Part shown: positions 1-12,744 of the stretch, one piece after another
Numbering within the stretch: the stretch's first letter is position 1
Layout of the letters: each line of letters starts with the position of its first letter
Source: Eledone cirrhosa
Taxonomy: Eukaryota
Direction of reading: 5' to 3'
DNA: 64,000 nucleotides
Assembly (NCBI GenBank): GCA_964016885.1
Contig: OZ024750.1
Location: forward strand, 620,001-684,000
Translations under genes and position numbers: made by a program
The notes under the pieces: generated by a model
The model's database searches: none
The model's input: only the letters and a program-made list of their open reading frames with translations
Told to the model about the DNA's origin: nothing

Positions 1-683
1 GAGATCGAATATATATTGAATATTAAGAAAATAAAAATATACACAAAATAATATTTAATTATATTAATAATTTACATAAAAATATAGAATAAAAACGAAA
101 GAAAATATTAATACAAAACTAAATAAACAATCGATCACACAGCACAATGGATGCCGTAACCTACCTCTAATACATTTGAAGCAAGACAACATACTCTCAA
201 CGTTACTGCGGGTGATGACGGTCGCTGTCGAGACCTCTGATACCCTTGGTCCTCCGTAAAATTAGGGAGGAGTGCATCCCGCCTGCAGAAGGAGCCCCAT
301 GACATGTAGTGGATGGTGAGGACTTGTAGCATTTGTTGAAACCGAACTCCTAAAGAGTTATACGAGGGTAGGCTTAAAATATTCATTGGCTCACTATGAA
401 AGAATCATGCTAGAGCTGTGAAATATTGCATGCATTAATTTCAACTGTTCTTATTAATATAACTTCATTGTTTCTATCGAGGGACTATGTTAAAAAGTAA
501 ACCTCATTTGAATCTTGGTCAGCCTATGAACTTTTCAGCCGACCCTCCTATTCAGTTCTTTGTACGACCAGAAAATTTAGTTTTTCAAATGACTTTAACG
601 ACATGGTAAATTATAATTGGTTTCTGATTTAGAAACAAAGCCAACAAGGGGAAGGGAAAGTAAATTAAATTAACCCAGTGCAT

Positions 684-2047
684 TAATTCTGTGCATTTAA
701 TTCTGTGCCACACAAAAGACTTATGGCAAAACTCTCTGTAATGGGTGTGAGGGATGATCTTTTCGACTGGCTGAAATCCTTCATTCTCAACCGAAAGGAA
801 GTAGTCACGGTTCTAGGACAGCATTCTTCACCATATGAGATGTCATCTGGTGTACCACAGGGATCTGTTCTTGGTCCTCTTTTGTTTGTGGCATATATTA
901 ATGACATAGATGCCAACTTACAGAATGCCACGGTACTAAAATATGCAGATGACATCAAGCTGTACCTTGAAATCAAAAGGACTGATCCTGAAATTTACAA
1001 CTCTTTCCTACAGTCAGACCTGGACACAATGCAGCAATGGATCACAGACTGGCAACTGAAGCTGGCTGTGGACAAGTGTACCACCATGCATTTTGGAAGG
1101 AAAAATCCAGCGTCCACATACTCCCTCCACAACACTGACATCAAAAAGTCCTCTTGTGAACGTGACCTGGGCACTACTGTCAGCAACGATTTGCGTTGGA
1201 CAAACCATGTCTCTAAGATTGTCAAGAAGGCCGAGGGTGTCTTGGCATCACTCAGCATGACCTTTGTTAGCCGCTCTCCAGCCATCTATTTAAAACTGTA
1301 TACAGCTATGGTGCGACCACACTTGGAATTCGCATCATCAGTCTGGAACTCCTATCTTGCTCGGAACATTGACCTCCTGGAAACTGTTCAGAGACGTGCA
1401 ACCAAGCGCATACCCTCCATCAGACACCTACCATACTCTGAACGCCTTGCTTCCCTGGGCATGGATTCATTGAAGCTCCGACGTCTGGCAATGGACTTGG
1501 TGAATACCCACAAAGCTTTTAACCATCTCGCCAACTGCAACCCTGAGCGCCTCTTTGATCTACATGTGTCTAACACACGTGGACATGCCTACAAGATCAG
1601 AAAACAGCACAGCTCCCATGACTTTCGCAGACATTTTTTCACGCTCAGAGTTGCTGAAGCATGGAACAAACTGCCTGCGTCAATTGTTAGCTGCCGAGAC
1701 ACTGCATCCTTTAAGACACTCATGCTTCCCGAAATACGCCAAAACTACACCTGATGTACCCCTTCCATACACATGCACACATGTGTGTATCATGACTCGT
1801 GCACTGTTCATTTTATTGATGTTTATGCATTGCCCTATGTACTGTACATGCACTTTTTTGATGAGTTGTGGTGCACCTGGGCACTGTACACAATATTTCA
1901 TTATTGTTATTGTTATTATATCATGACTCATACACTGTTCATTTTCCTGACATTTGTACATTATTCTATGTACTATACATGCACCTTTGATGTGTTGTAG
2001 TGCACCTGAGCACTGTACACAATAATTTCATTATTATTATTATTATA
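684..2047 (+). mobile_element. 5'-truncated CR1-clade LINE (RT C-terminal half plus 3' UTR)
   Basis: ORF 705-1754 has SGVPQGSVLGPLLF, YADD, ERDLG, RPHLEFAS and NTRGH. The 3' UTR is internally duplicated and ends in (TAT)n. Confidence 0.92.
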
Positions 2048-2168
2048 TTCATATACATATACATATATTCATATACATATATATATATATATTCTTATAT
2101 ATATATGTTCTTATATATATATATTGATATATACAAATACATACATATATATACACATTCATACATAC

Positions 2169-2651
2169 ATACTCTGAACGCCTTGCTTCCCTGGGCATGG
2201 ATTCATTGAAGCTCCGACGTCTGGCAATGGACTTGGTAAACACCCACAAAGTTATTAACCATCTTGCCAACAACAACCCTGAGCACTTTTTTGATCTCCA
2301 TGTATCTAACACACGTGGACATGCCTACAAAATCAGAAAACAGCACAGCTCGCATGACTTTCCGAAACATTTTTTCACGCTTAGAGTTGTTGAAGCATGG
2401 AACAAACTGCCTGCGTCAGTTGTTAGCTGTCGAGACACTGCATCCTTTAAAACCCTCATGCTTCCCGAAATTTGCCAAAACTACACCCGATGTACCCCTT
2501 CCATACACATGCACACATGTGTATATCATAACTCATACACTGTTCATTTTCCTGACGTTTGTACATTACCCTATGTACTATACATACACTTTTTGATGAG
2601 TTGTAGTGCACCTGAGCACTGTACACAATATTTTCATTATTATTATTATTA
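2169..2651 (+). mobile_element. Second, shorter 3' copy of the same CR1 family
   Basis: Similar to 1433-1917 with scattered substitutions; ends in (TAT)n. Confidence 0.9.
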
Positions 2652-4692
2652 CTGGTAATTTATTTCATCGACTCCATAAGGATGAAAGACAAAGCTAACC
2701 TCGGCGGAATTTGAATTCAGGCTATAAAAGGCCGTAACTCTATGCTGCAACGCTCTGCCGATACTACCAATCCATCGCCCTTATAATTAATTAAAACGAA
2801 GACTAATCCACCAGAACTGATAGAACGTCGGGTAAAATACCATTGCGGTATTTGTTGTAGATCTTTAAATTCTGAGTTCAAATCCTGCCAATGTCAACTT
2901 TGCCTTTCATCCTTTTGGGGTCGATAAAATAAAGTACCAGTCAAGTACTGTGTTGATTTAATCAACTACCCTTCCTCTAAATGTTCTGGCCTTGTGACTA
3001 AATTAGAAATCAATAACGAAAGCTATACAATAGAAACTTAACTGTAATCCAAGATACATTCACAAGAACACTTTAACCTCTAGCTTACATCTATATTGTT
3101 TTCTCTCTGTCTCTTCTAGCATTACTGCAACGACTTCTTCCTTTTGTTGGACCTCAATGGAATAGCCTGCAAGTGGCTGAGCATTCCAAAGGCACGTTTA
3201 TATTTAACGTAGTTCTCAGGGAGATTCAACGTGATACAAGATGTGACTAGACTTGAAAGAAACAAGTACTTGAGGGCGAGTAATTGGAATTGAAAGGTTA
3301 TACATACAGGTATTAAATTAAAAAATTCTAACCATCCTAAAACTAAAAAGCTCAGCTGAGGACACAAATAAATAGCTACGGTTGTCACTGGTGGGGTCCC
3401 TGCACTGCAGGAGGCCTGGGGCAATTGCCCTCTCTAAATCCGGCCCAGTACACAGGTGAGATCTAACTAGTGACCTCTTGCATAGCAAACTTCTTAACCG
3501 TTCGGCCATATACTTTAATGAACCACACAAACGTACACATACAACACACATACACACTCAAAATATATCCATACACACATATGCATGCACATACACGCAT
3601 GTACACACACGCACACATTGACGTACACACACTCGCATACACAAACACACACGTGTACGAACACATTTACACACACAAATATACATACATGCATGAACCA
3701 ATTTACGTAGATATATATACACACATGTAAAGTATTATCACTTAAAATAATCTATCGTTTCCTCCTTCTCCGTTCAAGTAGTATTTCTGTACACAATTTT
3801 CATTGTATTATATATTCTATTTGCTTTGTTTCATGTTCGTTATGCGTTTATTCATTGTTGATATTTTAAAGAGAAACCCATCACCACCCGACCCACCATC
3901 AATGTTTCATGAGAAAAAGGGCGACTAAAGCAAATTTTGAATATTTGCACATGAATTGTTGGCGGTCTAATTCCTCCGACTCCTCTATAGTTGCATATAC
4001 TTCCTACTACTGATAATTCAACTGTAAAGGGAACAGAGGTAATTATTTCCAGGTAAAAACACATCTATTTGGATATGTGCTACAATTTATGTACATGTTA
4101 TGTTTATCACATATCGAAGTTTTCTGACCATTTTAGAGTGCAAAGAGCTAAACTAATCACTACAACGAAATTGTCCACCATCCCATCCTAATTCAGAAAT
4201 GCTTCCACCACCCTGTGTATGTATATGGTTCTTTCAAAGGAAACACTAAATCCATTTGCTTGACATCGTGTGAAAGTGCTGGCAGGGCTACATACTAGTT
4301 GTCCTATTAACTGATGGTCACCAGTGTCAATAATTTAACGCTTAGCTTCACTTGACTCCCGAGAAAATAATCTGCGTGAGAACATCAGATCGTACATTTT
4401 TTACCATCGCCTGTTATACTCTGTACTTCTCCCCAATATAAATGTCTATCGTTCTACCTGAGCGCTTATCTTACACTTGCATACATTTCTACTGATAGAC
4501 AAATAAACTGCAACTAATTAGTTGTCTGTTCAATGCATTATGTATGTATGTCATTGCATATGCGGATCTGTATGTCTTGAATTATATATGTGATATATAT
4601 ATCGGTTGACTGAAGAAGCTTTGGGAAATGTTAATAGCCAGCTAGCTCTCTCTCTCTCTATCTGTCTCTCCCTCTATCTATCTATCCCTCTA

Positions 4693-4724
<32 letters not shown>

Positions 4725-4725
<1 letters not shown>

Positions 4726-5150
4726 GTGTTGTCCCAAAAGTAAGTGTACTGATGTTTTATTTAAATGTCTATTAGACGTACATGAAATTACAAGTTATCT
4801 CTTTCTAAATTTGTCCCTTGGGAAATCACTCAGTGGTTCCAACGTTAGTAGCAGAAATCATTTCTTGTGAGTGTCCTTAGCTTGTCGGCTACAATTTGAT
4901 GTATGTTTTCCAATTTCTCTAAATGAAAGTGCTGTATGAGCAGGAACATTATCGTGGTACAATAGCCAATCTCCTGCAATGTCCTTTCGGACTCGCTGGA
5001 CCCGTTAGCACATGTCGTTCCCAGACATCTTTGTAGAAGATGCGATTGTCTGTCCTGAAGGTAATAATTCTTTGTGAACCACGACAGTCGAAAGAAAATA
5101 GCCCCATTTTTATTTTTTAACAAAAACTAATGAAACGCCGAACATATTTA
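4725..5150 (-). mobile_element. Degenerate mariner transposase remnant
   Basis: Minus-strand frames give VVHKELLPSGQTI and WLLYHDNVPAHTALSF (mariner HDNAxxH motif), with frameshifts. Confidence 0.7.
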
Positions 5151-6039
5151 GGTCAAACCATTAATAACATGTCAAGAATTCACTATCTTCTGATGTTTCT
5201 GCTCAGAGTTACAACACGTTTCAAGTGAATCCATGAACTCAGGCATAACTTCTGGAGTCGATTTAATCGACTATCCCCCCCTCTCTTCAAGTTTCTGGCC
5301 TTGTGCCTAAAGTAGAAACAATTATTTAGTTGTTGGTCACTTCTGATTACAGAAGCCACCGTGGTCAATAAGTGATACATTAGACGAGAATTGTCCCCAA
5401 TCACCATTATTGATCACCAATCACCATTATTGATAAGCGAGGTCAGAAACAGTTTCGCTCCACTTGCGAGACTTTAATAAGAAACTATCAACTTCAAAAC
5501 TTCCACTTTTTCCCATCGTGAGATATAAAACATAAGCTAAATGTTGCTTATTATTTTCTCAGTATAAATGAAATCAGCCCCAATCGTGTAATTCCATCAT
5601 ATTAATAGAAAATAAAAGGGACTTTGTGTCGGGGTTAAAACTCATGTGTAAATACTATCATTATATCTACAGAAACAAACAAATACAAAATGTTATATTC
5701 ACTTGCGAATAACAAACATCGTAAATATATAAATAATGTCATTCACATTTATTTTATTCATTGAAATAGTACACCACATACGCTCTGTTGATCCCTTTCA
5801 ATCTTTATATTAAATGAGACTTTCCCACGACCGACTTCCTTATTGACTGTTTAAAATGTTATAAATGCTGAATATAAAATTAATCGTCACCGAGGAGATA
5901 ACGAAGGACCGTGACAAGTGGAGAGATGTTGTGCTGAATAAGACCCGTCCCACCCTTGCAGGGAAAAGCGGACGTAAAATGATGATGATGATGATATATA
6001 CACATATATATATATGTCAGGAACTAGCTATTATATAGG

Positions 6040-6227
6040 GCGGTGGATTGGCAGTATCGGTAGAGGGACGGACGCCATGCTTTCCAGCATAGTTACGTCC
6101 CTTTACGATCTGAGTTCAAATCCCGCCGAGGTTGACTTTGCCTTTCATCCTTACGGGGTCGATAAAATAAAGTACCAGTAATGCACTGGGTAATTGCTGG
6201 CCTTGTGCCTAAAATAGAAACAATTAT
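6040..6227 (+). mobile_element. tRNA-derived SINE with Nin-type core, young subfamily
   Basis: A-box TGGCAGTATCGG, B-box GAGTTCAAATCC, core CTTTGCCTTTCATCCTT-CGGGGTCGATAAAATAAAGTACC. Nearly identical to copies at 11570-11762 and 44218-44395. Confidence 0.85.
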
Positions 6228-6617
6228 ATAGCCATAATCTACTACCCCAAGTATTGAGGTGTATATATATCTATATAATTTAATATAGAAATGGCTTTTA
6301 CAGGACTAGAACTGTTTCATTCAAAATAAATCATGTATTGAGTACTTCACTTATTGTGGTTACCCGCGATTGAATCTGGGACTCACACACACATACATTG
6401 TATATATCTATATATATATGTAAAAGTTCTATTTAAATTGTTGGGATACAACAAGCAAATATTTTTATAACTGATATAAAGCACTCAACAAATAATTGGA
6501 GTAAAAATACGATATTAACAAATGGAAACTATATTTATAAAACCATATTTATTTCATTATACATATTTCAAGGACACCAAGTTAAATTATGGTGTGCTTT
6601 CGTCAGATAAAATATAC

Positions 6618-6677
<60 letters not shown>

Positions 6678-7192
6678 TGTGTGTGGTAGGGCCACTATCA
6701 CTGTTAGAACTCTAGAGTAGGGAAGTAAAACTCCTGAGATGAGGCGATAAGAATGTTTTTTGTATTTGTGTCGTAGGATATGACCAACAGTCGTACATCT
6801 ATATTGATTAGTCACTGTATCAATATTATGATGGTCAATCAACCATCTGAAACGATTGGAAAACAATAACTAAAGTACTACACCTCGCCTTTTTGTTTTC
6901 ATTGTTCAACTTTATATATATATATATTATAATGTGTGTGTTATATATATATATATATATGTGTGTATCATATAAATATATATATGACACACGCACACAT
7001 ATATATATATATGATACACACACATATATATATTGAGAGAGATAAGATAGATCCTACTTTATCCAGGGAACTGTCATATCAAACTAAACAACATTTTCCC
7101 ACTTCCTTATTATAGAAAAATAATATTTTTAAAGACGATTAACAAATGTTTTTCTCTTCCATAAGAAATATCTGAACAGTGATATACAGCAC

Positions 7193-7381
7193 AGTATACT
7201 ACTAGTGTACTACTAGTATATTACTAGTGTACTACTAGTATACGACTAGTATACTATAGTGTACTACTAGTATACTACTAGTGTACTACTAGTATATAAC
7301 TAGTATACTACTAGTGTACTACTACTGTACTACTAGTGTTCTACTAGTATACTACTAGTGTACTACTAGTATACTACTAGT
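7193..7381. repeat. 11-bp self-complementary tandem repeat (TACTACTAGT(G/A))
   Basis: About 17 degenerate units with the palindromic core ACTAGT/TACTAGTA. Confidence 0.88.
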
Positions 7382-7684
7382 CATGTTTCCCTGTAATATA
7401 GAGTTGTTAAAGTGTAGGACAAAGGGTTTTATATAAAATCATGATGGAAGTTTTTTTTAAATATAAATTCTTTTAAATCCAACAGAACCACAACACAGAC
7501 TTCCACTATGTATGTATAAGCAAGTGGCTGTGTAAGTGTGTAAGTAAGTGTATAAATGTGTTAGTAAGCAATACGTCTATGGTGTTTATGTAAAACAAAA
7601 AAACGAAACTCAAATCTTCATTTTGACTCAAAATTAACAGATTTTATATTCACGTTAATTATCACCATAAGAATTATATTCTCG

Positions 7685-8566
7685 TTAATTCTCTCCATAA
7701 GAATTTATAATCTCTTTCCATCTCTTCACAATTTCTTCATTCGGTGTCTTCCAGAACTTACGAAGAAGTGGCCAACCTTTACCTGAAGTTTTCAGTGGAT
7801 ACAAGTTTGTTGTATCTTGTTGGTAAATATACCTTCCGATGGCCAATGACTTAGAAAGACGACCGCATATCAAAATACGTAAAGCGTCAAGTTCATCTGA
7901 ATTCAATTTCACCTCCGTCATATAACCTGCTAAAATATGTCCTCCAACATCTAAAGGATCAATTACTTTACTCTCAAGTGAAATGTAAGCAATAGCAATG
8001 GCAACTTCATGAACTAAATACGAACGTTTATTATGAGCAAAGTCGATGACGCCAGATATAACAAATTCTGGTGAAGATTCTTCTTTGATAAAACCAAAAT
8101 ATTGTAGCTCGGGTTTCTCATTCTTCTCTTTAACTATGATATTCAAATCACTGAAATCACCATGGGTATGACCTAGAATAGAAATGTGTAAACAGTCCAA
8201 TTAAAATGGAATACAAACCTATAGTCTCATTAAACTATTGAGACAAACATACATGTGTACATACGCGTGCATAAATACTTGTGGAAACAAGTTGAAACGG
8301 CTGGGCTCACCGTTGGGATTCACTGTGTATGTGAAGAGTAATGTGTTCGGAGAGGCTATAAAATAGGCTGAAGACTCTTAAAGACAGGAAAAGAAGTTGT
8401 CATTGGCCGCTACAAGGAAACGGACCTCGTATCTCCTAGATACCGTCTTTAAGGGTCTTCATCCTATATTTTTACAAGCTATTTTATAGCATGAGCACAC
8501 CACTTTTTATATCAACTTTATCCTCTCATCGTTTCATAAAAGTCCGAGGGATTGGCTAAATACACT

Positions 8567-8627
<61 letters not shown>

Positions 8628-9770
8628 GAGCAAAATGACAGGAGGCTGGACTGGTGAAATTCCTTCAAATATAAATCTGTAAGGAATTTCACCAGTCCAG
8701 CCTCCTGTCATTTTACTCAATAATAATTAACTCCGTTCTCGCACCACCAAGATTCAACACAAATGAAGATGGATGAGTTGCATAACGTTGAGTGCTTTTC
8801 CTAATATTACATCACGGTTGACTCTACGGAATGACCAGTTCTATCCAGTGATGAACCAACAAACCTAAATGTCTATGTGTATATATATGGTCTTATACAA
8901 AACTTCTGATAGAAGAGGCGAGAGACAAATGAAAAACGGTAGGCGAGAACATATAATGAGAAAGAAAAGGAAAATATTTAATTTTACACCAAGTCTAAAT
9001 CAAACTTGTAATTTATGGATTATAAAGTTATGATGTTAAAATGTCAACTTTCAAGTTACCTTTCTGATATTTTGAGAGGTTTGGGAGAAATTCTTCTTTA
9101 AAAGTTTCAATGACCTCTTCAATTATAATTTGATCACTTTCAATTTCGATAAACTTTAAGTATTTGCTCAGTGTAGGCAGTTGCTCAGCATTCCAAATAA
9201 CTGGATGGCAATTGTTGTAGTATGGATGTGAAAAATTCTGCAATAAATCCAATAGAAACGTGTCAATTTTAAATGCAGTTTTTTCTCAATATGAAAAATA
9301 GTTCAACAAGTCGGGCATATAAACCTCTAAAGATACTTTATTTCTGTCGAAGTGTGCAACATACATTAGGCAGTAAGCAGACGATGGGGTTGGTAACTAG
9401 CAAACTGACATAAGGTTCGGGTGGGAAGAAAACAAATAGAAATTTACTTACCTGTAGCAACTTATCAATGCGACCAAGTAGTTTTCCAGCGTCATATAAG
9501 AGAGATGGCACCAGAGGTACTGTACTTAAAGTTACTCGAGGAATTAGAGCCAATAGAATAACCATGTGGTAATTCTTGGTTGAATCTGGCTTGTTTGGAT
9601 CTAAAACATATTTTTCAGGATTATTGACCAATACAAACTGTAACTTTTTAAAAAATACAAGTGTGTATGTTTACACATACGACTGCAAGAATACACACAC
9701 ACACACGAGTGCAAGAATACACACACACACACGACTGCAAGAATACACACACACACACACGAGTGCATGA

Positions 9771-9806
<36 letters not shown>

Positions 9807-11543
9807 CTGCAAGAACACACACACACACACACACACGAGTGCATGAATACACACACACACACACACACGACTGCAAGAACACACACACACACACACACAC
9901 GAGTGCATGAATACACACACACACACACGACTGCAAGAACACACACACACACACGAGTGCATGAATACAGACACACACACACACACACGACTGCAAGAAC
10001 ACACGCACACACACACACACACACACACGAGTGCATGAATACAGACATGCACAGTCATACATTATATATATCGATTTCATACAGTTCTGGTCCTATAGAA
10101 GTCTTTATATATATATAAAATAAAAACGAATAGTGTATTCGTGAAATTATTGTCGTGTAACGTAGCTTGTATGACAGGGCTCGCCCTTTGAATCACAATT
10201 ATAGCTTTTAGTCAGCTAAATGGACTGGAGCAACGTGAAATAAAGGGTCTTGCTCAAGGACACAACAGACCTCTGGGAATCGCACTCAGGACTTTACAGG
10301 TGTGCGCTAAACACCCTAACCACTATGGTACACACACACACACACACACACACACAGAAGATGGAAAAAGAAGTTGGCATCGGTGACTGAGGAATCGAAC
10401 CCCATATCTCTCAGATCTTGGCTAGGCACTTTAAACTATTACTTAATACTCATATATATAAATACCAGACGTGAAAAAATACTGGCGCCGATATGATTGA
10501 CTAAAATCTCTTTGGAGGTGGTGCCCCAGCCTGACTGCAGACAAATGACTGGAAACAGTAAAAGAAATAGAGATGGAATTTACCAATGGATAATGCCTCC
10601 ACATTCATGAATTTACCATCAACTCTTTGTATTCTTCCCGGAGCAGGGATATTATGTTCTCGAAGATAATCAACTACGGAAAAACACGCCTCTGTCAAAG
10701 ACAACATATAATCAACTTGAGATTAAGTTACATAACATAATGCAAATTAATTAATTTCATACCATAAAGCAAATAAAATGAATTAATATTGTGTAAAAAA
10801 AAAAAAAACTAAACCATGTACTCTTTTTAGTAGCTCTGTAGTATATCTAATCTCTAACCAAGTCTCTATATTCATAGAAAAGTAGCAATTCTGTGTGAGG
10901 AATAAGTGAAAAGAATTGAACCCTTCTGAAGGACATTGGTAAGAAACTCTCAAGAGAGAAATTTATAATTTCATCTACGCATTTGTAATGTTATATATGT
11001 ATATATTTAAAACATATTTGTAATGTTATTTATGTATATATTTAAAACATATTTGTAATATTATTTATGTATATATTTAAAACATATTTGTAATGTTATT
11101 TATGTATATATTTAAAACATATTTGTAATATTATTTATGTATATATTTAAAACATATTTGTAATGTTATTTATGTATATATTTAAAACATATTTGTAATA
11201 TTATTTATGTATATATTTAAAACATATTTGTAATGTTATTTATGTATATATTTAAAACATTTGTAATGTTATTTATACAACTGTGAAAAAATTTGTGTGT
11301 ACCAAAATAATCGTCGTCTTTTGATTCTTTCGTGTTGAAGATTTTCAAAACATATCCATGAGGACATATTTCCTTAATATACGGATTATTGTGGCTTTTC
11401 TTCACGTCGACAAAATAATTTCGGTCAATGTAACTTTCCACCTCCTTAACACTAAGTACATCCATTCCATACAGTTGAGACATCATATTATTTACCAAAC
11501 CGGTTCCTATTATTGGTTTTGAATTGCAGTCAACAAAATCCAT
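7685..11543 (-). CDS. HYKK: Hydroxylysine kinase-like (aminoglycoside phosphotransferase-domain) gene, 5 coding exons, ~387 aa
   Basis: Exons 11543-11303, 10691-10584, 9600-9452, 9237-9060 and 8172-7685 have GT-AG ends and compatible phases (1164 nt). Motifs: SYIDRNYFV and GYVLKIFN (N-lobe), catalytic loop [15 protein letters not shown], and [10 protein letters not shown]. An acceptor near 11563 implies an upstream non-coding exon. Confidence 0.88.
8625..8721. repeat. Near-perfect inverted repeat (41-bp arms, 15-nt loop)
   Basis: ATTGAGCAAAATGACAGGAGGCTGGACTGGTGAAATTCCTT pairs with 8681-8721, with one mismatch. Confidence 0.93.
9672..10050 (+). repeat. Compound (CA)n repeat with alternating fixed spacers
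   Basis: (CA)n tracts separated alternately by GACTGCAAGAA and GAGTGCATGAATA. Confidence 0.92.
10981..11277 (+). repeat. 35-bp AT-rich minisatellite (~8.5 units)
   Basis: ATTTGTAAT(G/A)TTATTTATGTATATATTTAAAACAT repeated, with alternating G/A variants. Confidence 0.93.
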
Positions 11544-11569
11544 TTTTTGTAGAAGTTGATGTTCTGAAA

Positions 11570-11960
11570 TAATAATAATAATTGTTTCTACTTTAGGCAC
11601 AAGGCCAGCAATTACCCAGTGCATTACTGGTACTTTATTTTATCGACCCTGTAAGGATGAAAGGTAAAGTCAACCTCGACGGGATTTGAACTCAGATCGT
11701 AAAGGGACGTAACTATGCTGGAAAGCATGGCGTCCGACCCTCTACCAATACTGCCAATCCACAATAATGATTTCTAATATAGGCACAAGGTCAGTAATTT
11801 GGGGGAGGTGAGTCGATTAAATTGACACCAGTACATTACTGGTACTTTATTTTATCGACCCCGTAAGGATGAAAGTCAAAGTTAACTTTGGTGGGATTTG
11901 AGACCGTAACTCTTTGCTGCAAAGCATGGTGTCCGACCCTCTACTGATACTGCCAGTACA
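11570..11960 (-). mobile_element. Two tandem SINE copies (young 11570-11762, older 11763-11960)
   Basis: Both are reverse complements of the 6040 SINE and abut the acceptor of HYKK's first coding exon. Confidence 0.85.
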
Positions 11961-12206
11961 CTGCCCTTTAGACGTTTAGATAATAATACAACAGAGAGGT
12001 TTAAAGAATAAGAAAGGGAATTACAAAATAGACTGAAGAAGAAATGGAGAGAAAAGCCAGCGGACGTCCAACAAAGAAGAAGGAAGCTAGAGTAAGTCAA
12101 CAAGGGCTCAAAAGCCCTGGGTTAAAAGTTGAAACAGAAAGGTTGATTCAACTGCACAACACTAATAGTAGATCCTAGCATTGTATCGAGAGTGTTGACT
12201 ACACCA

Positions 12207-12369
12207 CAGACCTGTCAACTCTCCCCTTCCGACGGGCAGATCTCCCACTCACTTTGGGGTGGCTGACATAAGTCTTCTCTTGTGAACATGGCTATAGCTT
12301 TCAACATGTAAAATCTCCCAATTTTGCCTCATTTCTCCCCGTTTTGGTTTTTAGAGGTTGGCAGGTCTG
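12207..12369. mobile_element. Small TIR MITE (hAT-like); inverted relative at ~25191-25326
   Basis: CAGACCTGTCAAC ... GTTGGCAGGTCTG termini; no clean TSD seen. Confidence 0.6.
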
Positions 12370-12712
12370 AGTCTCCAACCCTGAATATATATATAGGCAA
12401 CTATTTCCATTGGTCAATATTTTGATGTAAAACGGACAAGAAGCGGTACAAATATATACCAAATATCATTTCCTACATATATCTGAGCCTCTTTAAACCA
12501 TGTCAGTAGAATCACCCGTCATTCTTGCTCTTGTGTTGGCATATATATATATATAAGTATTGAAATTTCCGTTGAAAACAGAAAAGGTCATAGAAGTGAA
12601 GAGTGCTCTATGTAAGTACCAGAGCAAAATTGAATGTATAAAAATTAATACAATATAATTACCTCATTACCAGAGGTTTCCCGAATGAGGCGAATACGAA
12701 AGAAACGTCTTT

Positions 12713-12744
<32 letters not shown>

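Noticed and set aside
6040-6130. tRNA gene
   Set aside because: A and B boxes are present, but there is no cloverleaf and it continues into a SINE core found in many copies.
9576-10118. Cys/Val- and His/Thr-rich ORFs (also 3318-3730, 14507-14850, 27246-27518)
   Set aside because: Translations of CA/TG/TA microsatellites.
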